Made by a program: the position numbers and the translations under genes | Source of the DNA: Lama guanicoe | Taxonomy: Eukaryota | DNA length: 64,000 nt | Direction of reading: 5' to 3' | Assembly (NCBI GenBank): GCA_013239625.1 | Contig: MU053652.1 | Coordinates: 7,059,902 to 7,123,901 of the forward strand | Notes under the pieces: model-generated | Told to the model about the DNA's origin: nothing | What the model saw: the letters and a program-made list of their open reading frames with translations, nothing else | Databases searched by the model: none | In this document: positions 40,606-53,650 of the stretch, in pieces | How positions within the stretch are numbered: position 1 is the first letter of the stretch | Layout: the number at the start of each line of letters is the position of its first letter

Positions 40606-41446
40606 AGTTCCAAGTATATATGACACTCTAACCTATGATCCATGAATAAAAGAATCAGACAGAGTAAATAAAACTTATTTACGTTATGTTATACTGCATG
40701 CTACAAATATTTAAATGTATTAATTATAGTAGGAATACTTAGAAATTATCATACCACTCCTTCAGGAAGTGAATGTTGAATCATTTTCACACTGGCCTTG
40801 ATTATAATTTCACAGATACATTCTTATAAAAAATTTTTGTTTCCTACATATTATATATTCATTTCAAAAATAATACAGCTTTTTCAATATGTGGTATGCA
40901 TGCATTTGACTCTTCTTCATAACGACTACCACAATACAAACACTACTACATTTATTCACTGTTTGGTCTTCAGCACATTGCTCAGCCCCTCAACTTTACT
41001 TTTTTATCTAGAAAATGAACAAGTTGGATTAACCTTCAGAAAGCCTTTTTATGAGCTTTACAGATTTTCAAAGCAGACAGATCACCCTATTCTACAAAAT
41101 ATGCACACATAGTCTACCATATCTCATTTTATCAGGAGGTCCCTTTGACTCAAAATGACTTGAATGGTTAAGACTGTGCTGTTTAGAGGGCATATAGTTG
41201 GGGACAGCAAAGTGAATACCCATAGGAAGTGTTTTCTAAATAGTTCAATTATGACCAATTAAAATTTTGAGCATTTTAGAAATTAAAGCGGTCAAAATCC
41301 CTCTAAATCTGCAGACATAAACTGGTATACTATGGGTTAAATTCTTCCCTCATGTGTGATTTTGTGTTTTGTTTTGGTCAGCTCAGTCTGTTGATCTTGA
41401 ATTTGAATACTTTAAGGCTTACACTCTGTAATTCACTAAAGTTCTA

Positions 41447-41631
41447 CACTGGTTGTTCACAAACTTTAGCATAAATCACAAACATCTGTACAGCTCGTTA
41501 AAACATTGCTGGTCTCACTCCAAGTTTCTGATCTGCTACATTGTCAGTGGGGCCTTAGAATCTGCATTACTTACAAGTTCCCTTGTGATACTGATGCTAT
41601 TGGTTGCAGGGCTGCATTTTGATAACTATTG
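41447..41631 (-). mobile_element. MER5A (hAT-Charlie DNA transposon)
   Basis: caaactttagca...tggggccttagaatctgcattacttacaagttcccttgtgatactgatgct matches antisense MER5A. Confidence 0.8.
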
Positions 41632-41849
41632 CCTTACAATACTTCTGCACTTTATACTATTTGGAAAGGCCCTGAAGACATCTAAATTCAAGACCCACTG
41701 TAGCATATATACCAAAAACTACTTACTATAATCCTAAGACATTTTTAAACTGTAATGAGTAGACACCAAAAAGAACTGAACTGAGCTTAGCAATCCCTAC
41801 CTGGGCCAGGCTGTGGTTAACACATACAGTATTCTTTAAGACTGCTCGG

Positions 41850-43235
41850 TCAAACAATGAACCATTGGAAAAAGAAATTAAGAAAACAATCCCATTTATA
41901 GTTACATCAAAAAGAATAAAATATCCAGGAATAAGTCTAACTATGGGAGGGAAAAGAACTGTACTTGGAAACCTATAAGACACTGATGAAAGGAACTGAA
42001 GATGAGACAAACACACGGAAAGATGTACTGTATTAATGAACTGGAAGAATTAATATTGTTCCAATGACCATACTACCCAATGCAACCTACAGATTTAATA
42101 CAATTCCTATCAAAATACCAATGGCATTTTTCACAGAACTAGAACAAATAATTCTAAACTTTGTATGGAAATACAAAACACTTACAATAGCCAAAACAAT
42201 CTCAAAAAAGAAGAACAAATCTAGAGGTATCACACTCCTTGATTTCAAACTATACTACAAAGCTACAGTAATCAAAACATTATGATACTGGCACAAAAAC
42301 AGACACACAGTTCAACGGAAAAGAAAAAAGAGCCCAGAAATGAACCTGCACTTACATGAGCAATTAACCTATGACAAAAGAAGTAAGGATATACAATAGG
42401 GAAGAAACAGCCTCTTTAGCAAATGGTGTTGGGAAAACTGGATAGCGACAGGCAAAAGAATAAAACTGGACTACCTTCTCACACTACATACAAAAATAAA
42501 TTCAAAATGGATTAAAGACTTAAATAGAAGACCTGAAACAATAAAACTTCTAGAAGAAAACATACGGAGTATGCTTTTTGACATCAGTCTCAGCAACATT
42601 TTTTTGGATATGTCTCCTCAGGCAAGGGAAACAAAAGCAAAAATAAACAAATAGGACTACATCAAACTGAAAGGCTTCTGCACAGGGAAGGAAACTATGA
42701 ACAAAATGAACAGCCCACCTACTGAATGATAGAAGATATTTGCAAATGATATATCCAATAAGGGGTTAATAACAAAAATACACAAAGAACTCATATAACC
42801 CAGTATCAAAAAACAGACAACCCAATTTAAAAATGGGGAAAGGACCTGAATAGACATTTTTCTAAAGAAGAACATACAGATGTCCGCCAGGCACATGAAA
42901 AGATGTTCAACATCACTGATTATCAGGGAAATACACATCAAAACCACAGTGAGCTATTGCCTCACACCTGTGAGAATGACTATCAACAAAAAGACATCAA
43001 ATAACAAACGTTGACAAGGATGTCAAGAAAAGAGAACTCTCATGCACTGTTGGTGAGAATATAGATTGGTACAGCCACTACTATGGAAAACAGTAAAGTG
43101 GTTCACAAAAAAAAAAAAAAAATGGAACTACCGTTTGATCCAGCAATTCCACTCCTGGTATAATCTGAAGAAAAGAAAAACATAAATTTGAAAAGACATG
43201 TGCACTACATGTACACTGCAGCATTATTTAGAATG
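41850..43235 (+). mobile_element. L1 ORF2 fragment (post-RT to C-terminal region), truncated at both ends
   Basis: Remnant [36 protein letters not shown]...[18 protein letters not shown], followed by premature stops. Confidence 0.95.
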
Positions 43236-44739
43236 GACATACATACATATATTCATCTATCTAGACAGCTATGTTCACTTATAATTTTTTAAAGTCTATA
43301 TTTTAAACTTTTTTTACAGTAAAATCTATTTAAATACCCATAAGCATTTCCTTATTTAATGAGTTTCAATAATGAGTTTTCCAAAAAGTTACAGAAAGAT
43401 TACACTTTATCTGATGATCTATTTAGAATACAACATATTTTCTTTTATTTATTTGTCTTAGTATTTGAAAATTTTAAGAAAAAAGTGAACTAAACTAGCA
43501 TTCTATGTGTTTAACATAACTTTATGTATGACTGTTCTGTTGTGGTAAATTAACCAGGGATAATGAGATGATATCATAAATGAATAGTTACTTAAGAAAA
43601 GCAACAAATTACGATTTTGATTTCAATGATGATAATGAATGTTACTTCAGTTATACCTTGGTTTAATCTACTTAAAAGTTTGCTTCTATTAATTTGACTT
43701 CCTTAATTTAAAAAATCTTGCCTGAAAGAGTAACTTAAATCAGGCGGATTTTCAAAGAAATACAGGCTTGGCTCTCAAGTCTGTTTGAAAATATTTTAAT
43801 ATCAAGGCAGCATCAGTAGCTGCTGCTTCCATGACTTTGTATATCCAACAGTTATCTTGAAACTTTCTTAACTGTTTCTTGAAAAGTCAATAATGCTGAA
43901 TAGATTCCTCAGCAGCGGTGCTCTCTCTCCTGCTGCCTCCAAGTCTCACATTCTGAGCCCCAGATTCCTCCATAAACCACTAAAACAGTGCTACAAGGGT
44001 GCACTCCCTGCAAGATCAGACTGGAGCTTGTTTCAAAGCCTGATACATCTACAGATGAACCTACAATCATAACCTGATAAAATTATACAGCTTCTTTGGA
44101 GGCGTGGAGGATGCTGCTGAATGGAATGCACTATGAAATGACTGGAACTGTTCCAGAAACTTTACCTGTGTAAATATTTTAATAGCATAAACATAGTCAT
44201 TAAATAAGCTTTCATTAAATTAATAAATATCAAAGATTTCTATCCAGTTTAACAATTTTAAGTTTACCAACATACTTTTGTAAACACTTACAAATCACCA
44301 CCTAGATAAATGTATCCTGGAAAGGTAATTCACTAAAAGCTCCAAACTCATCCAGTTTAAAGCTAGTCTTAGCTTTAAGACTGGGAAGAAATCTGAGAGT
44401 TAGAAAATTTCTCTCTTAGATATTGATGGGAGATGTGGGAGGTTAGCTAGGAATCCCTCAGCAGCCTGATTAGAATGCCCTTTGTAGCCTTCCTTTCCTC
44501 ATGATATCCTTGGTATTCTCTGTGGAGAGTATCCATCCCAATGTTACTACTTAAATAAATGCTATGTGTAAATGCTACTATTTAAATATATTGTATAAAT
44601 AATAAAATAGTGACATTGTCATTAACATAATTAGTAGTAACATACAGATATATTTTTAAATAATACAATCCTCCATAAAAATCATCCCTAGAGAAGCACA
44701 AAGAAGAAAAATTTTCCTATTCATTAATAAGAGCAAATA

Positions 44740-45560
44740 TAAAACATTAATCAATACTTCTAAAAAATAAAATGTACAAGTTTTCTTCTGATTGAAAAAG
44801 TAAACATGAAAAATATTTAAAAATACAAAACACAAAGAAGGAAATAAATATCCTTAATAATCTCACCCTCAATGATAAATGCTAACAGCATTTTTGTGTA
44901 TAGCCTTCCAGGATTCTTCATGTATATACACGTACATTTGAATTTTTACAAAAACACAGTTGTTTAACTTGCTCTGTTATATTCATAATAGCATGTTATG
45001 AGTATTTCCCCCATGCCATTAAATACTCTAAGCATATGTTTTAATGGCTGTACACTGCATTTACATACCAACAATTGTTTAACCAACTCCATATTGCTTT
45101 ATATTTAACCTATTTCCCTAAATTATAGTATTGTTCATAGTTCTGTGATAAATGTCCTTACTTGTACATATTTAGAAATATCTTCAATTATTTTGGTAGG
45201 GTAACTTATTAGAAGTAGCATGTTAGGTCAAAGGACACAATATTTTTAAGATGTAAATATATATCACCAAACCAAATTCTAACATTCTGTATTAAAATCA
45301 CCAGCAGTGTTAGGAAATGGTACTACAGCTCAGCTCCCCAAACCCTTAAAGGATAATTAGGAATTCTCTTTGAAAGTCACAGGAAATATATATTTCCACC
45401 CATTCTTAGCAAAAGTGACTACAAACATTTTTATATTTATCTATTTTATCAATAAAAAGTTTATTTTATCTTGTTTCAAATTACAGTTCTTTATTTATGA
45501 GCTTGAGTATTTTTCACATATAATGATCATTTAAATATCATCTTTGTTATCATTTTTTTT
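44740..45560 (-). mobile_element. Old L1 (L1ME-like) 3' fragment
   Basis: Antisense motifs tttttgtgtatagccttccagg, ttttaatggctgta and ttagaagtagcatgttaggtcaaagg. Confidence 0.7.
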
Positions 45561-46259
45561 TTTTTACTGATATTAGTTGTCTTCTAAGGGGTTAAGCCCA
45601 CTGGGACTCTACCCAGTAAGAATGGAAGAAAAATTCCACACATAACTCTCCTCTACTAAAATCAGATGAAGGATCTAGAGTGTAATGCTCTAAGCCAATG
45701 ATGAATGGGACTTGGTCACGTAACAGCACAGTCCAGTCTAGCATCATTCTGTACCAGCCTCCCACAGATTTCCTGTCATCTTCTAAGAGAGTTCCTAACT
45801 CTTCACTGAGGTTTTGAGGAGCTCGGCTTTTATACCATCTGTGTAGTGACTCTCCTGCTGACTCATTCTAGACCACAACATGAGTCCCGCATAGAACAAC
45901 ATTTTTTGATACTCACCCTCCAACTGTAACCTTATTTCCCAGGTCTCCAGCTTACCTGACCTACGTAGCCAACTGATCCCTCCATCAGTACCCTGTACAC
46001 CTGATCAGAATTACATGTCAGTCCATTCTTCTCTTTCCTAGCTTTCTTTCCCAGCCCTGTCCTACTGTCATCTAAAATTGACTGGAGTGAGATGGACATT
46101 TTTCCATTTGACATATAGACCTCTCCAAGCCATCTAATAATCTGAGAGACAGTTCTAGAAAGATGAAGATAATCAATAATAACAGTACTTAAGGTCATGT
46201 TAATATGAAGAAATTGGGAATATTTATCTTGAAATGTTAACTGGAACCAGTGTGGGTGA

Positions 46260-46500
46260 AAGAGGTACTAAAGACAAGAAAATTTGTTAGAAGGTTCTCA
46301 TTCTAAAAGGAAGACAATAAGTCAGGACCAAAACAGTGGCAGGGACCATGGAGAAGAAAGAAAAAGAAAGGGATTTCATATGTAGATCAACAAACATGTA
46401 CTGAGAAACTGGCTTAGAGGGAGAGGGTAGAGGTGGGAGTGATGGAAGTAAAAGAAAGGGAGACATCAAGGATGATTCTGAGGGACCGAGGTTAACAGTT
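46260..46500 (-). mobile_element. L2 fragment
   Basis: cagtggcagggaccatggagaagaaag...catcaaggatgattctgagg. Confidence 0.55.
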
Positions 46501-47114
46501 ACTCTGTCAATTTATATACTTCATATGCATCCAAGCCAATTACTTTTATTCTGTGTGAAGATTATTTCATGTACTAGAAAATCTTTCACAAAATGGCTCA
46601 GTGACTCAGGTGATATTAGACTTCAGAACATCTAATAAAATTAGGAAAATATCGAGAGAACATGTTACAATCATTTCAATCTTGTAATTAGGAATACAGC
46701 CTAGGGTGTCTTGTTTTAAATAAACCCCATTTATTATTGTATGCCTTTAAATGAATCCGGTTTTAGTCCTGACATTTTAGCAAGAAGCTGAATGGAAACT
46801 TAGTTAATTGGTTCATTCTGCGATGGGAGCATGGCTACCAATTAGAACACCAGCTCTGGAAGCTCAGCCACACTGCAGGTGGAAAAGGGGCCTCCGAGGT
46901 ATTTTCCAGCTTCCCTCTCATAATAATTATCTGTAAGACAGCTAAGCCTCAACACCATCACTTCTGGCATCAATTAATCTATCTGTATTCAATCTGTACT
47001 ACATTGTTAATTTGTATTAAGTGAAAATCACCTAACTGGTCAGTGTCTGTTTCTTTGTTTTAGCGGACACATGCAAGAGTCAATAAATAGTATTAATGGA
47101 AGAGGGCACAAAGG

Positions 47115-47370
47115 CAATACTGCATAGCAAATTCTGTACTCCACTCATCCCGGATTCAAATTCTGGCACTGCTGCTTATTAGCACCCTGACCATGAATAA
47201 ATTACTTATTTCTCTAAGACTCATTATTTTCTAAAATAGAGATGATAAAAATAATCATAATAAAAATAATGAAAGGTAGTTCTGAAATGTAAATAAGAAA
47301 GGGAATGCAAAATGCCAATATGCCTAGTTCATAGTATACAGTCAATAAAGATTAGCTATTATTATTATTT
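47115..47370 (+). mobile_element. MIR SINE
   Basis: ggattcaaattctggcactgc...ttacttatttctctaagactca...caataaagattagctattatta. Confidence 0.8.
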
Positions 47371-47493
47371 GTAAATAGTAATTTGCATTAACATTAGCTG
47401 TGAAGGTAAAAATGATCAGAACATGAAAGAGATACAAAAACTGTCAAAAACAGATTAGCATCTTTTTAAAGAAGTCTTGGCCACTTCACCTCT

Positions 47494-48495
47494 ACGATTG
47501 ATTAACTGTAAAAACGCCCCAACTCTCCACCTTTTCCTACATTCACAACCTTTGCCGTGTGACTCTGAAGCTCCTTCCTTCAGAAGGTACAGACTTTGGA
47601 CAGAAGAATAAAGCAGAAGTGGCAGTGTGCCAGTTGCAAGCCTGGGCCTCAGTAACCTTGCACACTTTCTCATGCTGTTTCTTGGAAAAGAACCAGCCCC
47701 AGCCGGTCTGCTGGAGGATGAGAGAGTATGTGGATCAGAGAGCAAATAACCAGCTGAGATAATCCTAGACAAGCCTGCTCCTAGATGATCTGCCGCTGAC
47801 CACTGATTGGGGAAGGCTGCCCCAAGATGTGCCACTCTGGCACGTGGATTATATTGAGCTGAAAACAAGAGAGGCCCAAAAGACTCAGGAAAAACCTTTG
47901 AACTTCTCCCCAACTGACTAAAAGAACTAAAGATGGAAGGCCTGTTCCAAGAAGGAGCTATCACCATAGATAACTTAAATAAGTGTAGTAAAGTATGAAC
48001 TAGGTGCGGTAGTCAGGGAGGAACCAGGCAAGGCCCTTTGATCAAAGTCCTTTCTGTGTCCCATTGTCTCTATATGGCCCGGGAAGCATTTTTTTCACCA
48101 AACATTAACTTTTTTCATCTTCCTATGAATTAAGTTACTTCCCTTTGAAGTCCCAGTGCCCTAACTCCTTCTCCTTAGTCCGAAATAACAATATATATAA
48201 AACCCATCTTACCTTCCTGTCTTTGGAATTCTTCATACTTATGTGAATTCCCTGTACATACATAGTAAATTTTATTTTCTCTTATTAATCTGCCTTATGT
48301 CATTTCAATTATTTGACAAGACAAAAGAACTAAAAGGGGAAGGGGTGAGGGTAGGAGGAAGAATATTCCACAGACACAGTAGAGATCAGCCCGGCCTGGC
48401 CCAGATCAGCAGAAACACCAAACCATATGGTTACACTATATGTCACTGAGGATTTTACTTGTTTCTTACATGGCATTATGGTGGCACGAGTTTAT
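47494..48495 (+). mobile_element. MaLR LTR (MLT1H-like), split by a nested LTR
   Basis: cctttgccgtgtgactctgaagctcc and gcagaagtggcagtgtgccagttgcaagcctgggcctca. It resumes at about 48371 with gagatcagcccggcctggcccagatcagcagaa. Confidence 0.75.
47808..48370 (+). mobile_element. ERV1 LTR (MER34-like) nested in the MLT1H
   Basis: ccccaagatgtgccactctggcacgtggattatattgagctgaa is a MER34-family start. TATA-like atatataaaa at about 48193. Confidence 0.7.
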
Positions 48496-48609
48496 TGGTC
48501 ATTCACTGTGTATATAAGAAACTTTGATGAGAGGAGAGGGAAAAAAATGTCTGGTTTATGAACAAAGACTTAAAAACCATCAAAAAAAAAAGGCAAAACA
48601 GTAATTTAG

Positions 48610-48825
48610 TTACCATTTGAACAATTACCAAGTGTCAGTATGCTAAATAATATATGTATATATGAATATATAATAAGCACACACATATATATATATGTAA
48701 TTTCATTTAATTCTTATAAAGCATTTTAAGAAACTGATCAGAAGAAATCAAAGCTGAGGGAATTTAAGTAACTTATCCTAGCTTTCACTGTGATTTCTGC
48801 TCAGGTTTGTCTGACTCCAAGGATA
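48610..48825 (-). mobile_element. MIR SINE
   Basis: tttcatttaattcttataa...gctgagggaatttaagtaacttatcc...caggtttgtctgactccaa. Confidence 0.7.
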
Positions 48826-49769
48826 TATTTCAACTCCTCTGTGATACTATTTTCCAGTATAGATTTATTCATACCTCACAAGGCCTCTGTATTTGTCGAC
48901 TAGAATTTGATTAATACCTAGTATTATCAATGACTTATAGTTGCAATTTTTACAGTAATCATGAATTATTACCCCAAATTGTTTTGGGCCCCACTTACTA
49001 CAAATGAAGACTCAAAATCAGTAATCTAAACAAGTGTATATAAGGCAAAACACTTTGTAGTAATGATACATCCTTTTTCAGAGTTAGCAAAGTAACAAAT
49101 TCTAAAGAAATGCAAAGCACACACACAATTTGAGGATAACTGAGAACGAATGTAACCAGCAGGCTTGAGGGACTGTGGCAAATCAGTTAAAGGAATACTT
49201 AAATGTTCTGCTTTCAGAGCCTTCTACAGAGCAACTTCTCTTTCCTAAAGGCCTAAATACATAAGATAATTTGTGGAAATCATTACAAGAGAAGTAAACA
49301 ATGAAAACAGTTGGAAAAAGGGAATGCATTTCCCTTCAGAAGAGATGCTCTTGAAATTCTATCAACGTAGGAATAATACTGTAAGGTGAACCTGGGAGAT
49401 TTGGGTGTCCAAGTTAAAAAAAAAAAAAAGTCAATGGCTTTACTGAATGAAATGTGCTCGTGCTGCTCACTCCTCAAAGGAAAGGAGAAGTCTGTTTTTC
49501 TGTTTTAGAAGCTGCCAGCCATGCAGCAGTGAACATGAGCCATCATTTTAGTCCCTTTTCTTTCAGCTCTAATCTCTTTCACAGCGACAAATGAATCACA
49601 GAAATCAATCTCAATTCTGACTCTGAAAAATCTTCGGTGTGGATTTTTATTTGAGAAGAGTAAAGCCAGGTTACCTAAAATTTCACATTAGGAAGCAGAC
49701 AAAATGAGTGTGAGCCTAAGCTGGTGCACGTGTGCACGGAAAGGGTTTCAGAGCTCTGTCTGGCCCATA

Positions 49770-49965
49770 CGAGACAGCTCAGGCTCTGGAATAGAACAGA
49801 CGAGGCCACATCGTGAGTGAGTGGCTAAATTAGTCACCCGCTGTGGGACTCAGTTTCCTCACTCATCAATAAGAGAAGATAATACCTACATAGTAAGATT
49901 GTGATGAGTGTTAAAACAGTGTATTTAAAGCCTTTTTTTTTCACATTCTACTAAAAGCATTGATC
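49770..49965 (+). mobile_element. MIR SINE
   Basis: ctcagtttcctcactcatc...ataatacctacatagtaagattgtgatgag is the MIR core. Confidence 0.7.
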
Positions 49966-51280
49966 AGAAATCAAATAAGGACTAATCAATCCCAACATCA
50001 TTTCACACCGTTATTACTTAGTGCTATAAAAATTTTTTTTGCTATTTTCTGCATGAACGTTTATTCCATCTCCCTAATTAAATGGCTATTTCCAAAAAGG
50101 ATTGCTTTCTATTTCTTTAAAGTACCCTTCAATTCTGAGTAGTGTGAAGACCCTCTCTCTGCCCATCAAAGGAACTCAATAAATGTGTATAACTATTGAG
50201 CTACATGCTGTAAAGAATGAGGTGTTGCTGATCTGTTTTTTTATATGGATTCAGAAGGTACTATAGGAATCAAACCAAAAACAAAACAAATCAAAACTTG
50301 TACCAATGCCATTTCTGCTCATTAGTAAAGTTTTACACTATCTCTGTGGTTCTTTCTCATGAACCAGTGCCTCATGGACAATCTCAAGGCATACAATTTG
50401 TTTCCCAGTCATTAGTAAGAATTAGTAAGGTAATACTGGATACCTCAGTGGAACTTTTGCTGAATCCTCTGGTCTGTCTACTTATTAGACACAATTACTG
50501 TCAGGTTAAGAAACCTCTTAGTGGTCTGAGCTCCCGTTGCTACTCATTAGAAAATTCTGGAGCCAGGAGCAATACAATAGGAAGGGGTTTATTAAGATTC
50601 AGTTTATATGCTGAATAAAAGATCCATTATTAGAACACAGCGAGGCATTTCAGTTTATACTAAATTAGCTGCCTTTTAAAAAGACACCTATATTTAATGG
50701 CATTAAATGAAGGCAATGTTTGAAGGGATCCTTGCTCTGATGAGTGATTCTGTCTCGCTGTAAATAAAATGCTATGTAAACATGCCCCCAAGTTGAATTT
50801 TAGTGTACTACTGTTAAATGTACATACATACAGAATCTACTGTTTTGTGGTTAGCCCATAGAATTGTCACAATTTGAAACTTTGGCTTTGGTTATTTTTA
50901 TTCCATTTTTCCAGTCTCAGCACAGTAGTTTGTGTATGTGTGTGTGTGTTGTATGAGCATACAACTTTCAAGTGATTCCAAGTACATTATATAGCTTTAG
51001 CTTAAAATTCCACTAACTGGTAGCCTTTTTATACCCCAGATGTTCTTATAACATGAAAAGGGAGAAGAGTGAAAATATGAGGGAAAAAATTATACTGAGT
51101 AAAACATTTGTAAGCCTTTCCCATCCAAATATATAAAAACTTTTCATTTTAAGACACAGACTTTAAAGACAAGATGAGCATATCACTAGAGAGTTCTTTG
51201 TCAAGCCCTAGGAATTGTTTTTATTTTAATACTTTGACAATATCTGCATTTTCTAAAATACAGATTTTAATTTATTAATA

Positions 51281-51298
51281 TAGCGCCATCTTCTGGTA
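51281..51298 (-). promoter_or_regulatory. CTCF-like motif overlapping a YY1 core
   Basis: Minus strand reads taccagaagatggcgcta, close to the CTCF core and containing the YY1 core AAGATGGCG. It retains a CpG within very AT-rich flanks. Confidence 0.55.
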
Positions 51299-51792
51299 AA
51301 TATTAAGAAAGGCAGTTGGTTTTGTACCAAAATAGTATTGAAATCATTTAAAGAATTTAATGAAAAATTGATCCATTGTAACAAATGTCTAGAATTGCAT
51401 TGAATGGGGCTTTCTTAACATCTTAGTGTTATATTAATTCGCTACTTGTTAACCTTGACTTCTAACCATTTCCAAGAAGTTTAAAGTCATTGTCAAATTG
51501 CTATAACATGGCATAAATTCAATTAAGCCAAAAAAAAAGTTATATATGTATGTCTTTTATATATAATACATACGTTTATAAATATATTTTATATGTAATG
51601 CAATATACATACATATATAAAAAGTAAAAGTACTTGGATAATCATAACCAAGTTATTCCACTGTATAATCGATTTCAAGACATTTTATATTTAAGACCCC
51701 CTTGCATGTATATATATATATATATCCAAAAATTCTACATTATAAGACCCAAAATACAGGAACTGGCTAGCATTAATAGAAAAGCAACACAT

Positions 51793-52256
51793 CAAAAAAA
51801 GAGATGTGGTATAGCTATATATATATATACACACACACACACAATGGAATATGAATGAAATAATGTCATTTGCACCAACATGAATGGACCTATAAAAAAA
51901 AAAGAGAAGTCAGAGAAAAACAATTATCATATTATATCACTTATATGTGGTATCTAAAAAAAATGATACAAATGAACTTATTTACAAAACAGACATAGAA
52001 AACAAATTTATGGTTAGCAAGGGGGTAAGTGTAGGGAGGGACACATTAGGAGTTTGGGATTAGCAGATACACACTACTTTACATTAAGTAGATAAATAAG
52101 GTACTACTGTATAGTGCAAAAGAACTATATTCAGCCTCTTGTAATAGAAAAGAATCTGAAAAAGAATATTTATGTGTAACTGAATCACTTTGCTGTATCC
52201 CTGAAACACTGTAAATCAACTATACTTCAATAAAATATTGAAATCTTAGAAAAGAA
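51793..52256 (+). mobile_element. 5'-truncated L1 3'UTR with TSD
   Basis: Exact 15-bp TSD agaaaagcaacacat (51778-51792 and 52257-52271) and a canonical 3' end aaatcaactatacttcaataaaa. Confidence 0.92.
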
Positions 52257-52682
52257 AGAAAAGCAACACATTAAGTATGGAGTGCTTTTCTAAATATATC
52301 TTACCAAAAATTAAAATGCAAACAAAAAAACTGAATAAAATTTCTTAGCATGTATGAAAGAAAAAGTACCAATAACTCTAAAATATAATCATCATTATAA
52401 TCATCATCAATGGCAAATGCTAACTTCCTTCATATGTTAATAATTCTACCGAACTCATTTTAAAAAGGTGTATAAATGTGTACCATATTTCTGAAGTTAA
52501 TTTGCAACACAGAAAAATGAGATTAATAAAATTCAATGTGAATAAATAAAAATTTAACAAAGAATATGTTTAATAAATAAATCCAAAAATATTTTTACCA
52601 TCATATACAATGAACTGCACAATTTAAAAAAAAAAACAGTTTTTAGCTACAATTTGAGAAAAAAATTAAAACTGTAAATCAT

Positions 52683-53317
52683 TGAGACAGGAGGGAAGGG
52701 GGCAGGGCACAGCCACTCAAGGAATGACAGCAATTTAACACCAAAATGGCAGAAGATTCACCTCCTAGTTGGCCTTGAGGATTAAGAGGTTTGACTTCTA
52801 GTAGACCTTGAGCTTCATTATATGCTCATTGTAACAGTGTGGTAAATAACATGCCCGCAGGCACCATAACAGCCCCAAGGCTAACCGCAAAAGGCCAAAG
52901 AATGGGCGATGGTCCAATTGCTGGTAATCTCAGCCCCTTCCCCAGGGCAGTTGGAATGGTCCCACATGTAGGCCTGTGAAGCTACAGAGCCTATAAAAAC
53001 TGACAACACCACACCTAGCGGCCCTTTTTCGCTCCCTCCCTTCAGAAACGGCCTGTACTCTGTCTGTGGAGTGTGTACCTACTTTTACTTTGACCTGAGC
53101 GCCCAATTCCTACACGTCTTTCCTTGCCTTTCTCTTGCCTTACACTCTGTGCAGTATGTATCTCTCTAAACAAATCTACCCTTACTCAGCAGTGGCTCAC
53201 ACTTGAATTCTCTCCCCTGCCCGAAGCAAAGGACCCACACCTGGCAGGGCACATCCCAGGGGCTCAACCGAGACCTGGGATACAGCCCTCCTCAAGCTCC
53301 ACATCCGTTTTCCTTCA
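52683..53317 (+). mobile_element. ERV1-class solo LTR (635 bp)
   Basis: TG...CA termini, 4-bp TSD tcat (52679-52682 and 53318-53321) and TATA-like ctataaaa at about 52991. Confidence 0.85.
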
Positions 53318-53650
53318 TCATTACTTCAGGAGTATAGAAGTGTACCATATTTCTGAAGTTAATTTGCAATATGAACCAAAAGTTCTTTTTAATGTACACA
53401 TCCTCAGATAATAGCCAAATGTGTGAGAAACATGTAAAAAAATAAAATTAAAAAATTTCAGTTTGGTTTGTGTTATACATGGGGAGTCTTTGGAAACAAT
53501 CTAGACATCTTAAGATAGAGGATTATTTATAGTAAAGACAGTGCTCTTACATGATAGTAAGATGCTATTGACAGAATGATGTTCACAATTTATTGTTCAA
53601 AAAAATACAATGAAAATAAAATGAACAAAGCAGTAGGTACTTTATGATCC

